A DNA stretch of 64,000 nucleotides, taken from Paraphysomonas bandaiensis. Taxonomy: Eukaryota; Protista; Chrysophyceae. Below, in pieces: positions 1-18,208 of this stretch; position 1 is the first letter of the stretch, and each line of letters starts with the position of its first letter. The stretch is from the NCBI GenBank assembly GCA_965644295.1, contig CBFFRP010000277.1, forward strand, positions 148,316-212,315, read 5' to 3'. The notes below the pieces were generated by a model. That model saw nothing but the letters and a program-made list of their open reading frames with translations. It was not told where the DNA came from and searched no databases. The translations under genes and the position numbers were made by a program.

Positions 1-1523
1 AGGATGGCTATTGATCGCTATATGCAGAGCAGTGGGATACATTAACCACTACTGAGACTCTATATTCGACTTACTTCTGCAGACAAAGTGTTTGGAGAGG
101 TGAGAGGGTGTGGGAGGGTCACGTATCATCTCTGTGGCTTGGATTCTGTGCCGGTCAGTATTTGTCCATAGGGAGGAGGGGTCCATACAGTGCATATCAG
201 GTCATACATTCACCAGAAATTTAAAATACGCCATAATAGTATGCCATATTGATGGATGGAGGGCATTGATATGGCATATCAACCAATTTGATTAGATTTA
301 AGTGCACCGCTGCCGTCCGTAGAAATTATGTGGATATGCTACCTTGTCACCATCCGAGTCAGCTTATCAGTGTCGGAACAGACTTATCGAATGGAAGATA
401 AGCGATATTTATTTGGTAGAAACAGATTTGGCACTTTATGGGCTTCCTTGTGCGTTGTACAATGATTAATGTTGCAAATACCCTTGACTAGCTTGTTGGT
501 TGCAGGCACCCATGTTAGGGTGCTGTAGGGTCACAGCAAGCAGTGTTCACTCATGTCATATATGTAGGATACCTAATATATTGCACTCATTCTGCTTTAT
601 TGGGGTCTTGTTACATCTACAATGCCATTGTTGCCATACTTGTCGATTTAAATAGGCTTTACGGCGAGTGCAGCTGATGATTGTTGAAAGTCTATATATG
701 TCTAGTCTTTGTTGGCTATTCTCAAGACTTTGTCCCGAACTATCTCTCCACGCGACTTGTGTGAATGTGTATGTTTTATGTCTATACATATATATTACCT
801 TTGTATGTACTTTATATGCACATGTGTGTACTACATTTCCCTTATGTTTACTAGGTTTATATGGGTGTACGAGGTTTATTGTATATATTACCTACAATGC
901 TACATATAAGCGTCAGTATTCGAATATATGTACTCTTGACTTTATGTATGAGAATATGTTATCTGTGTGTTTTTGTATGCATATATATACGAGCGTTCTG
1001 AATGTATGTGTATCTGTGTGTTGTCATGTAGATATTTATAATAATAATATGATATCGTTATAGTCGATGTGAACTTGCTTGTATAAGTACTAGTCATAGT
1101 AAAGTAGCTATACATATATGTAGATCTTAAATACAACGATTGGCAGTATGTGTTTACAAGAAGTATAGGTATAAGGTATAAGTTTGCTTATCACACAAGT
1201 GTCTAAATCTAAACTACGAAGGAGTACAGTAGCTGATTTATATTGACAGAAGTAGTGTACTATTCCAAGTTATATGTGGGCTAGCATCGAGGTATTTGCT
1301 GGAATAATTACATGCATAACAAGACAGTATACTATCAAACCACACATATACCGGCATGAATTTATAAGCAAATATTAGAATATTAGTCAAGTGGTTATCT
1401 AGTTTCAAAATAGCAATCAATAGACGATAACAACCTAGGAATTATAAGCACACCACCAGTACTCTCGCCACTAAACAGATTAGTTGGGAATATGTGCGAA
1501 CAATAGCATACAACTACGCAATG
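1..1523 (+). repeat. Left arm of a long inverted repeat (fold-back); probably truncated by the window start
   Basis: Position 1 aggatggctattgatcgctatatgcagagc is the reverse complement of 3566-3595. The ORF track shows mirrored ORFs (110..295/3301..3486, 942..1136/2461..2655, 1238..1420/2177..2359). The match ends at ...caactacgcaatg (1523). Confidence 0.95.
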
Positions 1524-2091
1524 TTTTAATGGTTTAAGTATTACGTTTTCAGTGATAATACGGGATGAAGTGGTAGATGTAATGTTTGACTTAATTTCTT
1601 GTGTTTTCGTTTATGTCACACTTCGTTGTCGCGCAGCACATAGAGAGTTGGTTGAGGGTGGTATTGAACCTGGTACTACCATCATTTGTCATAATAATCT
1701 CCCGCATGTTGAACTTTAGTCAAAGAGTGTTAATCATGAAGTAGTTGTTGAAAGATACAAAGCGGAGATGGCTGCTGGAGATCTTAAGTTCATTATAGAA
1801 TACATGTGGATGAAGAAAATATTCGTATAAAGGTTTCAAGACAGCAACAGCTATAAAGCAGAAAGGAAAAGAATAAAAAAGGCAGAAGATGCGCTGTAAA
1901 GAGCAACAAATGAAAGAACTTGACACTTAAAAAAGAAAATCAGAGTCTTAATCGAAACATAGAGCTGATATTACTTTGATAGGCGGAGGCAAATTGTACA
2001 TGCTCTATCAGCTCTAGCTGCTCCTACAACCTGGAGCACTGGAACATAAAATGACTAATTCGATTTAAAGACATTCAATAGTTCGTTGTAC

Positions 2092-3595
2092 CATTGCGTA
2101 GTTGTATGCTATTGTTCGCACATATTGTTCTAGAGTACTGGTGGTGTGCTTATAATTCCTAGGTTGTTATCGTCTATTGATTGCTATTTTGAAACTAGAT
2201 AACCACTTGACTAATATTCTAATATTTGCTTATAAATTCATGCCGGTATATGTGTGGTTTGATAGTATACTGTCTTGTTATGCATGTAATTATTCCAGCA
2301 AATACCTCGATGCTAGCCCACATATAACTTGGAATAGTACACTACTTCTGTCAATATAAATCAGCTACTGTACTCCTTCGTAGTTTAGATTTAGACACTT
2401 GTGTGATAAGCAAACTTATACCTTATACCTATACTTCTTGTAAACACATACTGCCAATCGTTGTATTTAAGATCTACATATATGTATAGCTACTTTACTA
2501 TGACTAGTACTTATACAAGCAAGTTCACATCGACTATAACGATATCATATTATTATTATAAATATCTACATGACAACACACAGATACACATACATTCAGA
2601 ACGCTCGTATATATATGCATACAAAAACACACAGATAACATATTCTCATACATAAGTCAAGAGTACATATATTCGAACACTGACGCTTATATGAAGCATT
2701 GTAGGTAATATATACAATAAACCTCGTACACCCATATAAACCTAGTAAACATAAGGGAAACGTAGTACACACATGTGCATATAAAGTACATACAAAGGTA
2801 ATATATATGTATAGACATAAAACATACAGATTCACACAAGTCGCGTGGAGAGATAGTTCGGGACAAAGTATTGAGAATAGCCAACAAAGACTAGACATGT
2901 ATAGACTTTCAACAATCATCAGCTGCACTCGCCGTAAAGCCCATTTAAATCGACAAGTATGGCAACAATGGCATTGTAGATGTAACAAGACCCCAATAAA
3001 GCTGAATGAGTGCAATATATTAGGTATCCTACATATATGACATGAGTGAACACTGCTTGCTGTGACCCTACAGCACCCTAACATGGGGTGCCTGCAACCA
3101 ACAAGCTAGTCAAGCGTATTTGCAACATTAATCATTGTACAACGCACAAGGAAGCCCATAAAGTGCCAAATCTCTTTCTACCAATAAAGATCGCTTATCT
3201 TCCATTCGATAAGTCGGTTCCGACACTGATAAGCTGACTCGGATGGTGACAAGGTAGCATATCCACATAATTTCTACGGACGGCAGCGGTGCACTTAAAT
3301 CTAATCAAATTGGTTGATATGCCATATCAATGCCCTCCATCCATCGATATGGCATATTATTTTGGCGCATTTCAAATTTCTGGTGAATGTATGACCTGAT
3401 ATGCACTGTATGGACCCCTCCTCCCTATGGACAAATACTGACCGGCACAGAATCCAAGCCACAGAGATGATACGTGACCCTCCCACACCCTCTCACCTCT
3501 CCAAACACTTTGTCTGCAGAAGTAAGTCGCATATAGAGTCTCAGTAGTGGTTAGTGTATCCCACTGCTCTGCATATAGCGATCAATAGCCATCCT
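2092..3595 (-). repeat. Right arm of the long inverted repeat
   Basis: Reverse complement of 1-1523 with scattered substitutions and one 23-nt versus 5-nt replacement near the inner end. The spacer is 1524-2091. Confidence 0.95.
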
Positions 3596-4087
3596 GAGGA
3601 CGCAGGGCTCCTCTGTCTTATCACTCGAGACACAGGGTGTGATGGTAAAAATGGCTGCATATAATGTTGAAATACTCCATTGTAAAGACAGTGTGTATGT
3701 GTCTGATTGTATTGGTGTATGTTGTGGTTAGTTGTGGTGTTGGAGTTAATGTCGTGTGTGTATGTGCATATCAGTTCAAGGGGGGGGGGGAAATGGATGA
3801 TGAAAAGGGGGGCCGATTTTTTTGAGGGGGCCGATTTTCTTTCGTTATAGGTATTCCGTGGTATTTTACAGGACGTACATGATGTGGCCATGCGTAGAGT
3901 GCGTGTACATCACATATGCTCCTGTATACAGCACAGCATATACACACTGTAGCATGGTATGTATGGAATGATACGCAAGTGGAGGCTGTGGAGAGGAAGG
4001 ACGAAAGAAACTTACACTCCTTTCAACCCTGCAGATAATATACATCCTCACTGTCGGTATTGCATTGCATTGAAATCAATCACTCCT

Positions 4088-6625
4088 ATGCGTGCGCTCC
4101 GCCTCCTCATCAGGCCGAGGTTGTCGTTCTCTGCAAGGAGCTGCTCAGGTCGTACCTCTTCACTGACTAACACATCCTCCGCAGTCGCTATACAGTCCGA
4201 TACAAATAAACTATCCGTCTGTCTCGTAGGTCAACCTAATGTTGGTAAATCTACCCTTTTTAACAGACTGTGCCGCTCGAATCCGTCAATTGTATCGCCT
4301 CTTCCAGGCACCACACGAGACAGAATTGAGGGACACGGTGCAATAGCTGGTCTTTCACTTAGTGTCACAGATACAGGCGGCTACGACGATGAAAGTTTAC
4401 TGTATAGTGATGTTCTCGAACAAACGAAGAAGGCGGTTGCAAGGGCTGATGTTATACTTTTTATGGTTGATGGAAAATATGGACTTTCTTCTGTAGATTT
4501 TGATTTCGCGTCGTGGCTGAGAAAAACTTTAGGGTCAATAGAGCAATCGGCTGATTCTAGTCGCAGAGAAGTCATACTTGTATAACTTATACGTTGTGTT
4601 CGAATATATCCTAATCTTTATTGCTGTAGGTTGCGAACAAAGTTGAAGGATCCTATTTATCATCATCAGTCTTGGACAGTCTTTCTGAATCGTCTCGTCT
4701 TGGCTTTGGTGATCCAGTGTTGATGTCAGCTGCCAATGGCGATGGAATGGCAGATCTTGCCACGAAACTACTAGAGTGCGCTGAGGTTTTTAAAATGCGC
4801 AGAAATTCTTGTTGTTGTTCATATAAAGATTTTCTCCAGGAGCGGGATATTAATATCGAGTCATTACCTGAGGATACCACAGCCATTTCGTTGGAGGAAA
4901 GGCCCATTCAAGTTGCTTTTATGGGCAAGCCGAATGTAAGCTTTATTTATTGTACTTATGTAGTATAGATTGATGAGTGCATTAGGTCGGAAAATCGTCG
5001 CTGTTGAATGCGATTCTGAATGATCAAAGAACGATAACTGGACCTTCAGCAGGAGTTACAAGGTAATGTGGGTTACGTATGCGACGCTATTTGCTGATAG
5101 TGCTATCGTAGAGATGCAATTTATGTAGACTGGGTAGCATTTGGACGCAGGTTTATCTTGGTAGATACTGCAGGTTGAATGTAGTCCATATGTGCATCAT
5201 AAGTGTAATTATCGCTTTTCAGGGATTGTCCGAAGTAAAATTGGGAAGCGTTTGTCATCGAATAAAAAATTGCTCAGTGAATCGAAAGCAGCGACTTCTA
5301 AGAATTCTTCTTCAATTGTAAAGCTGTTCAAGTACCTGTAATAAACTGTAATATATCTTTCCGATACATAGGTCCAGATTGATTCGACGCAGCAATCCCA
5401 ATTCCTCGCCGAGAAGTCAGTCCAGAGTGCTCTTCATGCGCTGCGGTACTCACTCAATATTTGTTGGCCTATATGTAATACTATCTTTCTCACAGATATG
5501 CGCAAGTCGTTGTTTTGGTGATAGAAGGTTTAGAAAGTGTTGTGGTAACTTTCTTCGTACCTTAATATTGTGTAGGACAACAAGGACATTTTACGACAGC
5601 AGATCTAAAAATTGCACGGAAGTAAGCCGAAATGATTATTTTATTGAAAACACTTATTTTGTGCAATAATTAGGTGTGCCGATGAAGGACGGGCATTGGT
5701 TGTGTGTGCTAACAAGAGGGATTTGGTCATGAAAAGTGGCCTGAGCGCCCGCCAGTATGAGAAGGTACTTCAGTATTGATATATGTTGACCATCTAAATA
5801 TAGTTGGAAGGGTGTAAGAGAGCATGCTACGGCATTTCTTCGTGACTTTGGTGAAGTCCCAATAGTTTCGACCGCAGCAGTTATTGATAACGGAGCTTCA
5901 GCTGGGGATCTGGTGGTAAATTTGCCGAATCAGGGTGTAGATAGGTATGGTGTAATTGGTTATGTCGTTGCGTAACGTTGTATATTAGATTGCTGCGAAC
6001 TATTGTTCGCACACATGATGCTTGGTCGTCGAGAATTGACACCTGGATATTAAATAGGTAATAATGTGTGAACTCTTTGTAGTTGCACCGGTTATGTTAT
6101 TTTTAGATGGCTCAAAGATATACAAATTTCGACCCCACCTCCGAGGGCTTATGGACGCATGTCTAAAATCAAATATATGACCCAGGTGAGTATTCGTTCA
6201 GTCTTTGTTAACGATTTGAGTATTAATCAATTATAGGTTAAAATTCGACCTCCAACGTTCGCCTTTTTTGGCAATCGGGAAGTAGTTTCGCCCACATATT
6301 CCAAATTTATTCGGTAAGAATATTATTACCTTCACTGCATCGCACTGATTCCACTTCGTTGGCCAGAAATCGACTTCAAAGTGATTTTAATCTAGGTGGA
6401 ATTCCGATTAGATTGCTATTTCGTAGATCATCAGGGAAAAGTGCCGATGCCTCCAAGATACGGTTTTCGAAAAAGAAGTGGGTGAAGAATGCTGGTGAAA
6501 GTAGGCCCCTTGGTGCTAAGAGAGATAATAAATACCTCGAAATGAAAAGAAAGTTAGCGCAAATTGAACGGCGTCGCCAGACTGCTAGGCGTAGAAGGAT
6601 GACGAGAAAAAGAACAAAGTATTAG
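4088..6625 (+). CDS. der: Der/EngA double-GTPase (ribosome biogenesis), likely mitochondrial; multi-exon
   Basis: Two G domains: GQPNVGKS / PGTTRD / DTGG, then GKPNVGKS / AGVTRD / DTAG. C-terminal PPTF and L-G-IPIRL KH-like region. Arg/Ser-rich MRALRLLIRPRLSFSARS presequence. Many ~50-nt GT-AG introns. Confidence 0.92.
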
Positions 6626-7906
6626 GTTGCAATGCAACAACTAGAAGCCATGACATAGTGTTTGCTATATAAATCATTTTAGGGTTCGCTGAGCTATTCT
6701 ATTTGAGAGAATTAAGTTGCTGTGAATTTAAAATACTTTTGTATAGAAACGATTTCATTTTAGTAATTTGAGGTCAAGGAAAGCGAGGTTATACAACTAG
6801 ATAGATTGTCACTTCAGATCTACAAATCATTTGTTCTGATGAAAACAACCGTGTTCAGTATACAGCTGCTTGTTGTTGTCATAAGCAGAGAATTTGTTTT
6901 ATACTAACGTTAGTGGCATTGATATTCCCCAATATTGTCCATACGCATACATTATCGGTGAATTCCTTCCCATACTGCTATATCTTTTTATTATCTACAA
7001 CCGCCAATAAACGTGCCAAGCAATATGTATCACACTAGAATTCTAAATGAAAGGGAAATAGGTGCTGATTCTAATTACATTGAGAAATACGAGCAGAATT
7101 TAGCAAGGCCGTGTTGAGAGTCTAACACTATTTTCTATTACACCCACTTACGTATTCACCAGTAAGAGTTGAACGCTATGTCACTACTCTTTCCGGTTAC
7201 CCAGTAATAAGCATTATAGGAAAAAATTAGTCTGAATTAGCTACTCTCTAGGAACAGGCTCCCACTTTTATATTAGCTTCGAAACGGTCTCAACAATGAG
7301 GAGTGACGAATGTTACTGAGTGGATGCAACTTTCAGTCCTTGTTGCTAATAAACACGGCCTTGTCGGGTTTAGTGTTAGCTATTTTCATACTCTGTCCAC
7401 AAAATAACACGTTCATTATCCTTTAATAGATTCATAAGGCTAGAAAGGGAGTGGACGCAGGAATGAATTCGATTTAGATTACCACGAGTGTAAGTGCTTG
7501 TGTTACTTGCTACAGCCATATCTTCAATGATACTGTACATGACATACACCCATCATCATGTGGAATACAGCTCAGTACAATGATTGTACGACTGTGTATT
7601 TTCACCTCCTTCTTCCAGATGATGTGGCTGGGAATGAGTGCAGCACCACTTGGTCTTTTTTGTTGTAGTATCATATGCACGGTATGTGGTATATACCTTG
7701 ACGTATATAAAACCATCTCATCTCCACAAATTTTTTTGTGCAATACGGAATGTGCGATTGAGGTTGATTGCACTGCAATGCTGAATGACTGTATAGGTAT
7801 ACAGTCGTACATTGAGATGTTCTTTGGGAGTCAATATAACAATCATCGCGTTATATAGGTACCTATATATACTTTCGACTCGAAATTTACCTGACGCAAA
7901 TCAATA

Positions 7907-9416
7907 ATGTACCGCGTAGCTCGTTCTCAAGCATCCAATATTCACCGCATTGCAGTCAAAAGTTGTGGTGCGGTGAGAAACTTGAACCTTCATGAATACC
8001 AAAGTATATCCCTGTTGAAATCATATGGTGCTACTGTGCAAAATGGACGCGTAGCTGATGACAAGGAGTCCGCCCTTAAAATTGCATCTGAGATTTTATC
8101 AACTGACCCCTCTTCTGATATCATCGTTAAGGCCCAGATCCATGCTGGCGGCAGAGGAAAAGGTGTATTCACTAACGGCTTTAAAGGCGGTGTTCAAATA
8201 GTGCAATCAAGCGAGAAGGCTGGATATTTTACTGAAGAAATGATTGGAAAGTACCTAGTGACCAAACAGACAGGGGAGAGTGGGCAGCTTGTTCAGAAAG
8301 TGCTTATCAACCAAGTAAGTCACAGCATATATAATCTTCCCACTTCTTTACTTTATACGATAAGGGAATAAACATTACGGATGAAAAATACTTTGCTATT
8401 CTCCTAGATCGTGCGCATAATGGACCAGTCATGGTTGGCTCTCGCAAGGTCAGTGCGGAATTGTTAACGCTTTATTTTGTGTCATAACTGCGTTTTAGGG
8501 CGGTATGAACATCGAAGAAGTTGCTGAAGAATCACCAGAAGATATTATTAGCATTCCTATTGATATTGAGAAAGGTATGTCTGAAGAACAGGCCCAAGAG
8601 ATGGCCCGGCGCATTGATTTCCGAGGAGACCAAGTTGCGAAGGCTGCCTCCAACATGATGGCATTGTACAAACTCTTTCTTGCACGCGACGCCACTCAGG
8701 TGTGTTGGCAATGGTTACTACCCTTGTTATATAAATTTATACTATAGGTGGAGATAAATCCTATGGCTGTCGCTTCTGATGGAAATGTATATTGTGTTGA
8801 CGCGAAACTCAATTTTGATGACAATGCAGCTTTCCGTCAGAAGGATATATTTGATATGCGCGACACCACGATGGAAGACCCTAGAGATGTTGAGGCCGAG
8901 AAGGCTGGTTTGAATTATATCGCCCTTGATGGTTCCATTGGATGTATGGTCAACGGTGCTGGACTTGCTATGGCTACGATGGATATTATTCAGTTGTGCG
9001 GAGGCAAACCAGCCAATTTCTTAGATGTTGGCGGAGGCGCAACCAAAGAACAAGTGGCAACTGCTTTCAAAATTCTTGTTAGTGACCCAAGGTTCGTTTC
9101 TATATCTATGACATATATTCTGTAATTGTTTGTTACAGTGTGAAATCTATATTGGTTAACATATTTGGAGGCATTATGAAGTGTGATATTATAGCAACTG
9201 GAATTCTTGAGGCTTATGAAGAGATTGGTCTTAACATTCCATTAGTTGTGCGCCTTGAAGGCACGAATGCAGCGGAAGGTCTGCAGCTATTGGAGAAAAG
9301 TGGATTGCCTATTATAACGGCTCGTGGGCTTGGCAAGGTATGTTGTAATCTGTTAGAATAACCACGCTAAGTCACGATCACAGGCTGCTGAGCAAGCTGT
9401 GGCCACAGTAGCGTAG
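7907..9416 (+). CDS. sucC: Succinyl-CoA ligase beta subunit, mitochondrial; multi-exon
   Basis: [77 protein letters not shown]. Last exon ends [13 protein letters not shown] at 9416. Confidence 0.96.
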
Positions 9417-10300
9417 AGATCTTGCGTGAAACGAGTGAGAATAGCTGAATATCTTTCTGACTTGTATTCGGTCGATACATAATAATAGTAACCTTGTGTC
9501 CATCTTGTGCTTGTGATTAGTTGCGTAGCTCTCATGTCATGACTAGATAATTCGAGTCACGCACACTGCCTCGCGTTTCCTGCATAGAGCATTGTACACA
9601 GGACACTAAACAACTATGGAACACAGTTGTAACATTCGTATCTCGCAAAATATATAATGCTTTGCCATAACAAGAGCCCCATCTACAGAAATTACATAAT
9701 TCTAAATTGCAATAACTATATTGTATATTGTGAACAATAGTTTCTATCCTGTAGTTATTTTACATTTATTCAGTTATTCATTCACTGATCAATGGAAGAG
9801 AAGCAAAACCAGTAATTTTGTCTGGTTTTGAGCACTGTAAAGTAAGGATGTTCGAGTAGATGGGGCAACAAATCTGTGTTTTATGAATGGGCACAACAGC
9901 TGTACTACAGATCTACCATTTTACATACTACAACAATTATCAATCATTTCAGAGCTTCTACCAATAGTACCCACTTCGGTCGCACTTTTATAGTAAGGAT
10001 TTTAACTATTAATGATTAGAGAAGAGAGTACTCACTATGGAGGGGAATTTTGCTGAAACTCAGGATGAAAGAGCCATACTTATTTATATTTTGAATAAGT
10101 ATTTGTTTAAGTTGTTCTTACAAGGTTTCCAATGGTAGTACCAGGCACGAAAAGAATAATTTTACTTTGAAATTTGTAGACGGTTACACGGTTAGGAGTT
10201 AGGAAATATATCTTATTAATATACAACACACTAATTGAAGACTAACTATGCTCTGGTATCGGATCGAAGCACATAAAAACTGATATCGTCGAGAGAATTT

Positions 10301-11522
10301 CTATCTATTATTTTCTAGCCATTTCTCTGCATCTAGTGCTGCTTGACAACCCATACCAGCAGCTGTAATAGCTTGTCTGCGACAACAGTAACGTAATTTA
10401 GAACGCAAACGAGAAATACAACCTGTACTTCTTATCCACAACATCTCCACATGCAAAAACGCCTGGCTTGCTTGTCAAACAATTCTCAGTTGTTTTGATG
10501 TAGCCATCTGCGTCTAGCAATATCTACGAAAGGGTTCACCACTAGATACAAAAGACGAAAAACATAGGCACCTGGTTGTCAAGAAATTCAGTATTAGGCT
10601 TATGTCCGATTGCAATAAAGCCGCCGTCACAGAATACCTTGGTATACATAATATTACACAAAAGCAATATAATGTGTTAATATAAAGTACTTCTTCTGTT
10701 GTACCATCCTCAACGTTGCGGACGTCTACACCGTTCAGCACATGATTGCTTCCTCTCCATCTTGACACTATTCTGTTCTTAAGGATGTTTATCTTTTTAT
10801 TGGCAAGAGCACGCTCCAAAAGAAGCTACAACAAATTGCAATCAATAAGGAATATACAGCAGGCCATATCTGTCAAATACCTTCGATGCTTTCAATTTTT
10901 TACTTCGATTGAATACCATCACACTGTTTGCATATCTTGATAGAAACAATGCTTCCTCCATAGCCGAGTCCCCACCGCCAATAACTACGACATCTTTTTC
11001 TTTAAATAAAGCCCCATCGCATACTGCACAAGTCGATATTCCGTATCCCTTGAATTCTTCTTCATTTTCAGCACCAAGCCATATGGATTCTGCGCCAGTG
11101 GCTATAATAACAGCTTTCGTCGTCACAGTACAGTTTGGCAAGTGAATCTTATACGGGTAGGAATCGAAGTCCACTTTTTCGCATGCCGTTTGCCAAAACT
11201 CGGCTCCAAATGTCTTTGCTTGCTGAATCAAGCTATCCATGAGTGCTGGCCCTGGAGTAGCAACAGGCCCACCTGGAAAGTTTTCAACATCATTTGTTAA
11301 TGTCAGCTGCCCTCCTGGCATATAGCCAGAAATAACTAAAGGGTCTAAAAGAGCCCTCCCAGCATAGATTGCTGAGGTACATCCTGCAGGCCCACTACCT
11401 AGAATTACAACGTTACGACTGCTGATCGATGAAGCGCTATGAATGAGAGGACTACTGCATAACAGCAAGATCAAAGTCACTTCAATGAAAATTGAAAAGA
11501 CTGAAACCCCACTAGTGCACAT
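10301..11522 (-). CDS. trxB: NADPH-dependent thioredoxin reductase (low-Mr, TrxB/NTR type) with N-terminal signal peptide; multi-exon
   Basis: [23 protein letters not shown], redox motif [53 protein letters not shown]. Confidence 0.95.
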
Positions 11523-11895
11523 TATCTTCTCTACGATAGCAACAATACAACAACAGCCTTGAAGTTATCCAAGAATCAAGGCTTTATGTCCATATTAATC
11601 AACTGTTCGCAGAATTACATCTCACATTGTTGGTTGATATTTATCAGAGATTTATCATAATAAACTAAATATTGCGGTATTTCTTCTAAAAACCCATATT
11701 TTCTTCTCTCTCGTACAGTAATATCATGCCTCTGGAATGTGTCAGCAAAACCTCTCTTCAAGCAAGAACAGGGGAGCAATCTATACCTCTAACTTCGACT
11801 TCGAAGTCAGTCAATGTAAAGTATTCCAATTAATTATATCAACACCCACTATGTCTTATATCATATGTATGTAGCGACTGCACAGTAGGGTAAAT

Positions 11896-16526
<4,631 letters not shown>

Positions 16527-17722
16527 AAACCTTTCCACATCTAACCCTGAAATGAGCTGTGACCATCTGCTTCCAGGTTGTGCTCATTCATGACGGTATA
16601 TTATTCTTATGTTTATGCTTCTGGCTTGTAGATGAACTACTGGAAGCTCTAGGACGGGTAGCAAAGTGAAATTTTGCCGCCAAATGAGACTGCACACCTA
16701 TACTGTGCTAATGGCGGCGCGTTAGGGTACTATGTATTTTATAATTATTTGGTTGCGATTTTGTGAAATGTAGGTAGTGTAAGTGATACGATAGTGTATT
16801 TTAGGTACGAAGTCATATATATATCTTTATATGTTACTCTTAGATTCATAAATGTGTAGTTGTTATTGATGTCGGTAAATTGGATTGATTCCTGAAAATA
16901 TTTAATTTCATACTTAAAGCGGCCATCGTCATGTATGTCTTTTTTCTATAGCTGATATTTATTTTTGTGTTTGCTCCTAATACAATGTGTTGAGTTCAGA
17001 TGTAGAATCTGCTATATATTACGCAATAGGAGAAAGGGTGAATATAGTTGGTATCTATTATTAGACCTAGTCAAATTGGTGTAAAAACCTAGGTAAGCGG
17101 TTGAAAAACCTAGTCATTTAGTAATTCATATTTTCAGTTTACAATGGCTAGGTGTTTATGGTATTCACTTAGTCAAAAATAATAAATTTCTTTCAAACAT
17201 GGTAGCATACTCTAGCCATCAATTATATATTTTCCAATATAGGTACTGTAATGTATTTATAGATATAGGATTGACTGACTAACATATGACAAACATATGT
17301 AACACGAATATGATGTTTTGAATATTTATAAGGAGGGAATATCGTCCCACACTCGAAACTTTGAAACGAGGGCAATAAGGCTGTTTCAAAGAACTCGAAT
17401 GATATGCGTACGATATGGCACATACAATACTGGTTAGCATGACGTGGCCCAAACCCTTAAAGTCTTGGTACGTGGGTTCCACTGCTGCTACTTACAGCAT
17501 CAGATTTGGCATTCGAACTCACCAGAAGTATTTTTGAAGTATAATTGCGAAGTCCAGGTTATGAAGATAGATCGCTTGCACTGAAATCAAAATGACCTGC
17601 ATCAGTATCAAAATAAAATATAACTTGGAGTATTTTATGCTCTTCTTTTGAAAGTTGAGTCATCATAGGCTTTCCTACAATTGTGTACTATAGTAATGAA
17701 ATCACTTTCGAATGACAGTCAA

Positions 17723-18032
17723 CACCCTCTACAAAATGGACTTGCACCTTTTCGTGGCGTTCTGAGAGATAAGTACCGGAGATATTACTCCATATATACA
17801 GTCACGCATATTGTGTGGTAATAAGTGTTACTTGTGTAGACGTCTTTGGGCCTTGACGAATAAACAGGCATCCTGGGTATTGAGCTGCCTGCTGAAGTCA
17901 AGCATCCGGGCTGTTTACCTTCTTAAGGACTCAAAATACTGAGGTCAGGCATATCAACATTCTGCTTGCTCTCACTGCGTTTGCGTTGAGTGACGCACAA
18001 GCAGCTTTTGTGGCGTTAAAAAGTAGAATATC
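17723..18032 (-). repeat. Dispersed repeat family X, copy A
   Basis: Reverse complement matches 37080-37394 (cccggatgcttgacttcagcaggcagc, cccaaagacgtctacacaagt, cacgaaaaggtgc) and 60376-60511 (aagctgcttgtgcgtcac, gcaaacgcagtga). Confidence 0.85.
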
Positions 18033-18065
18033 AGACTTAAGTATTGACTCTTAAAGGTCTATTAC

Positions 18066-18208
18066 GTCGATGTGATGCCCAAACCTGCTGATAGAGGGAA
18101 TACTCTAATATGAGGGCAGATAACGTGGTTGCAGATTCAACTTAAATCAACATTTTCAAAATTTCAACAGGTTTCGACCGTTTTACCAGGTTTGGGCATC
18201 ACATCGAC
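18066..18208. mobile_element. MITE-like element with 22-bp perfect terminal inverted repeats
   Basis: gtcgatgtgatgcccaaacctg (18066-18087) pairs with caggtttgggcatcacatcgac (18187-18208). Flanks are atta / taat. Confidence 0.7.

Noticed and set aside
110-3486. Mirrored short ORFs in the palindrome arms as genes or a transposase
   Set aside because: Low-complexity Y/I/C/V-rich translations, frame differences between arms and no convincing DDE motif. A decayed transposase cannot be excluded but is unsupported.
3959-4087. Longer N-terminus for Der given by the ORF track
   Set aside because: The ATG at 4088 begins a typical mitochondrial presequence, and the upstream extension looks non-coding.
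17060-17175. Repeated aaaaacctag/ctagtca motifs as a MITE
   Set aside because: No clear TIR pair, TSD or second copy in the window.
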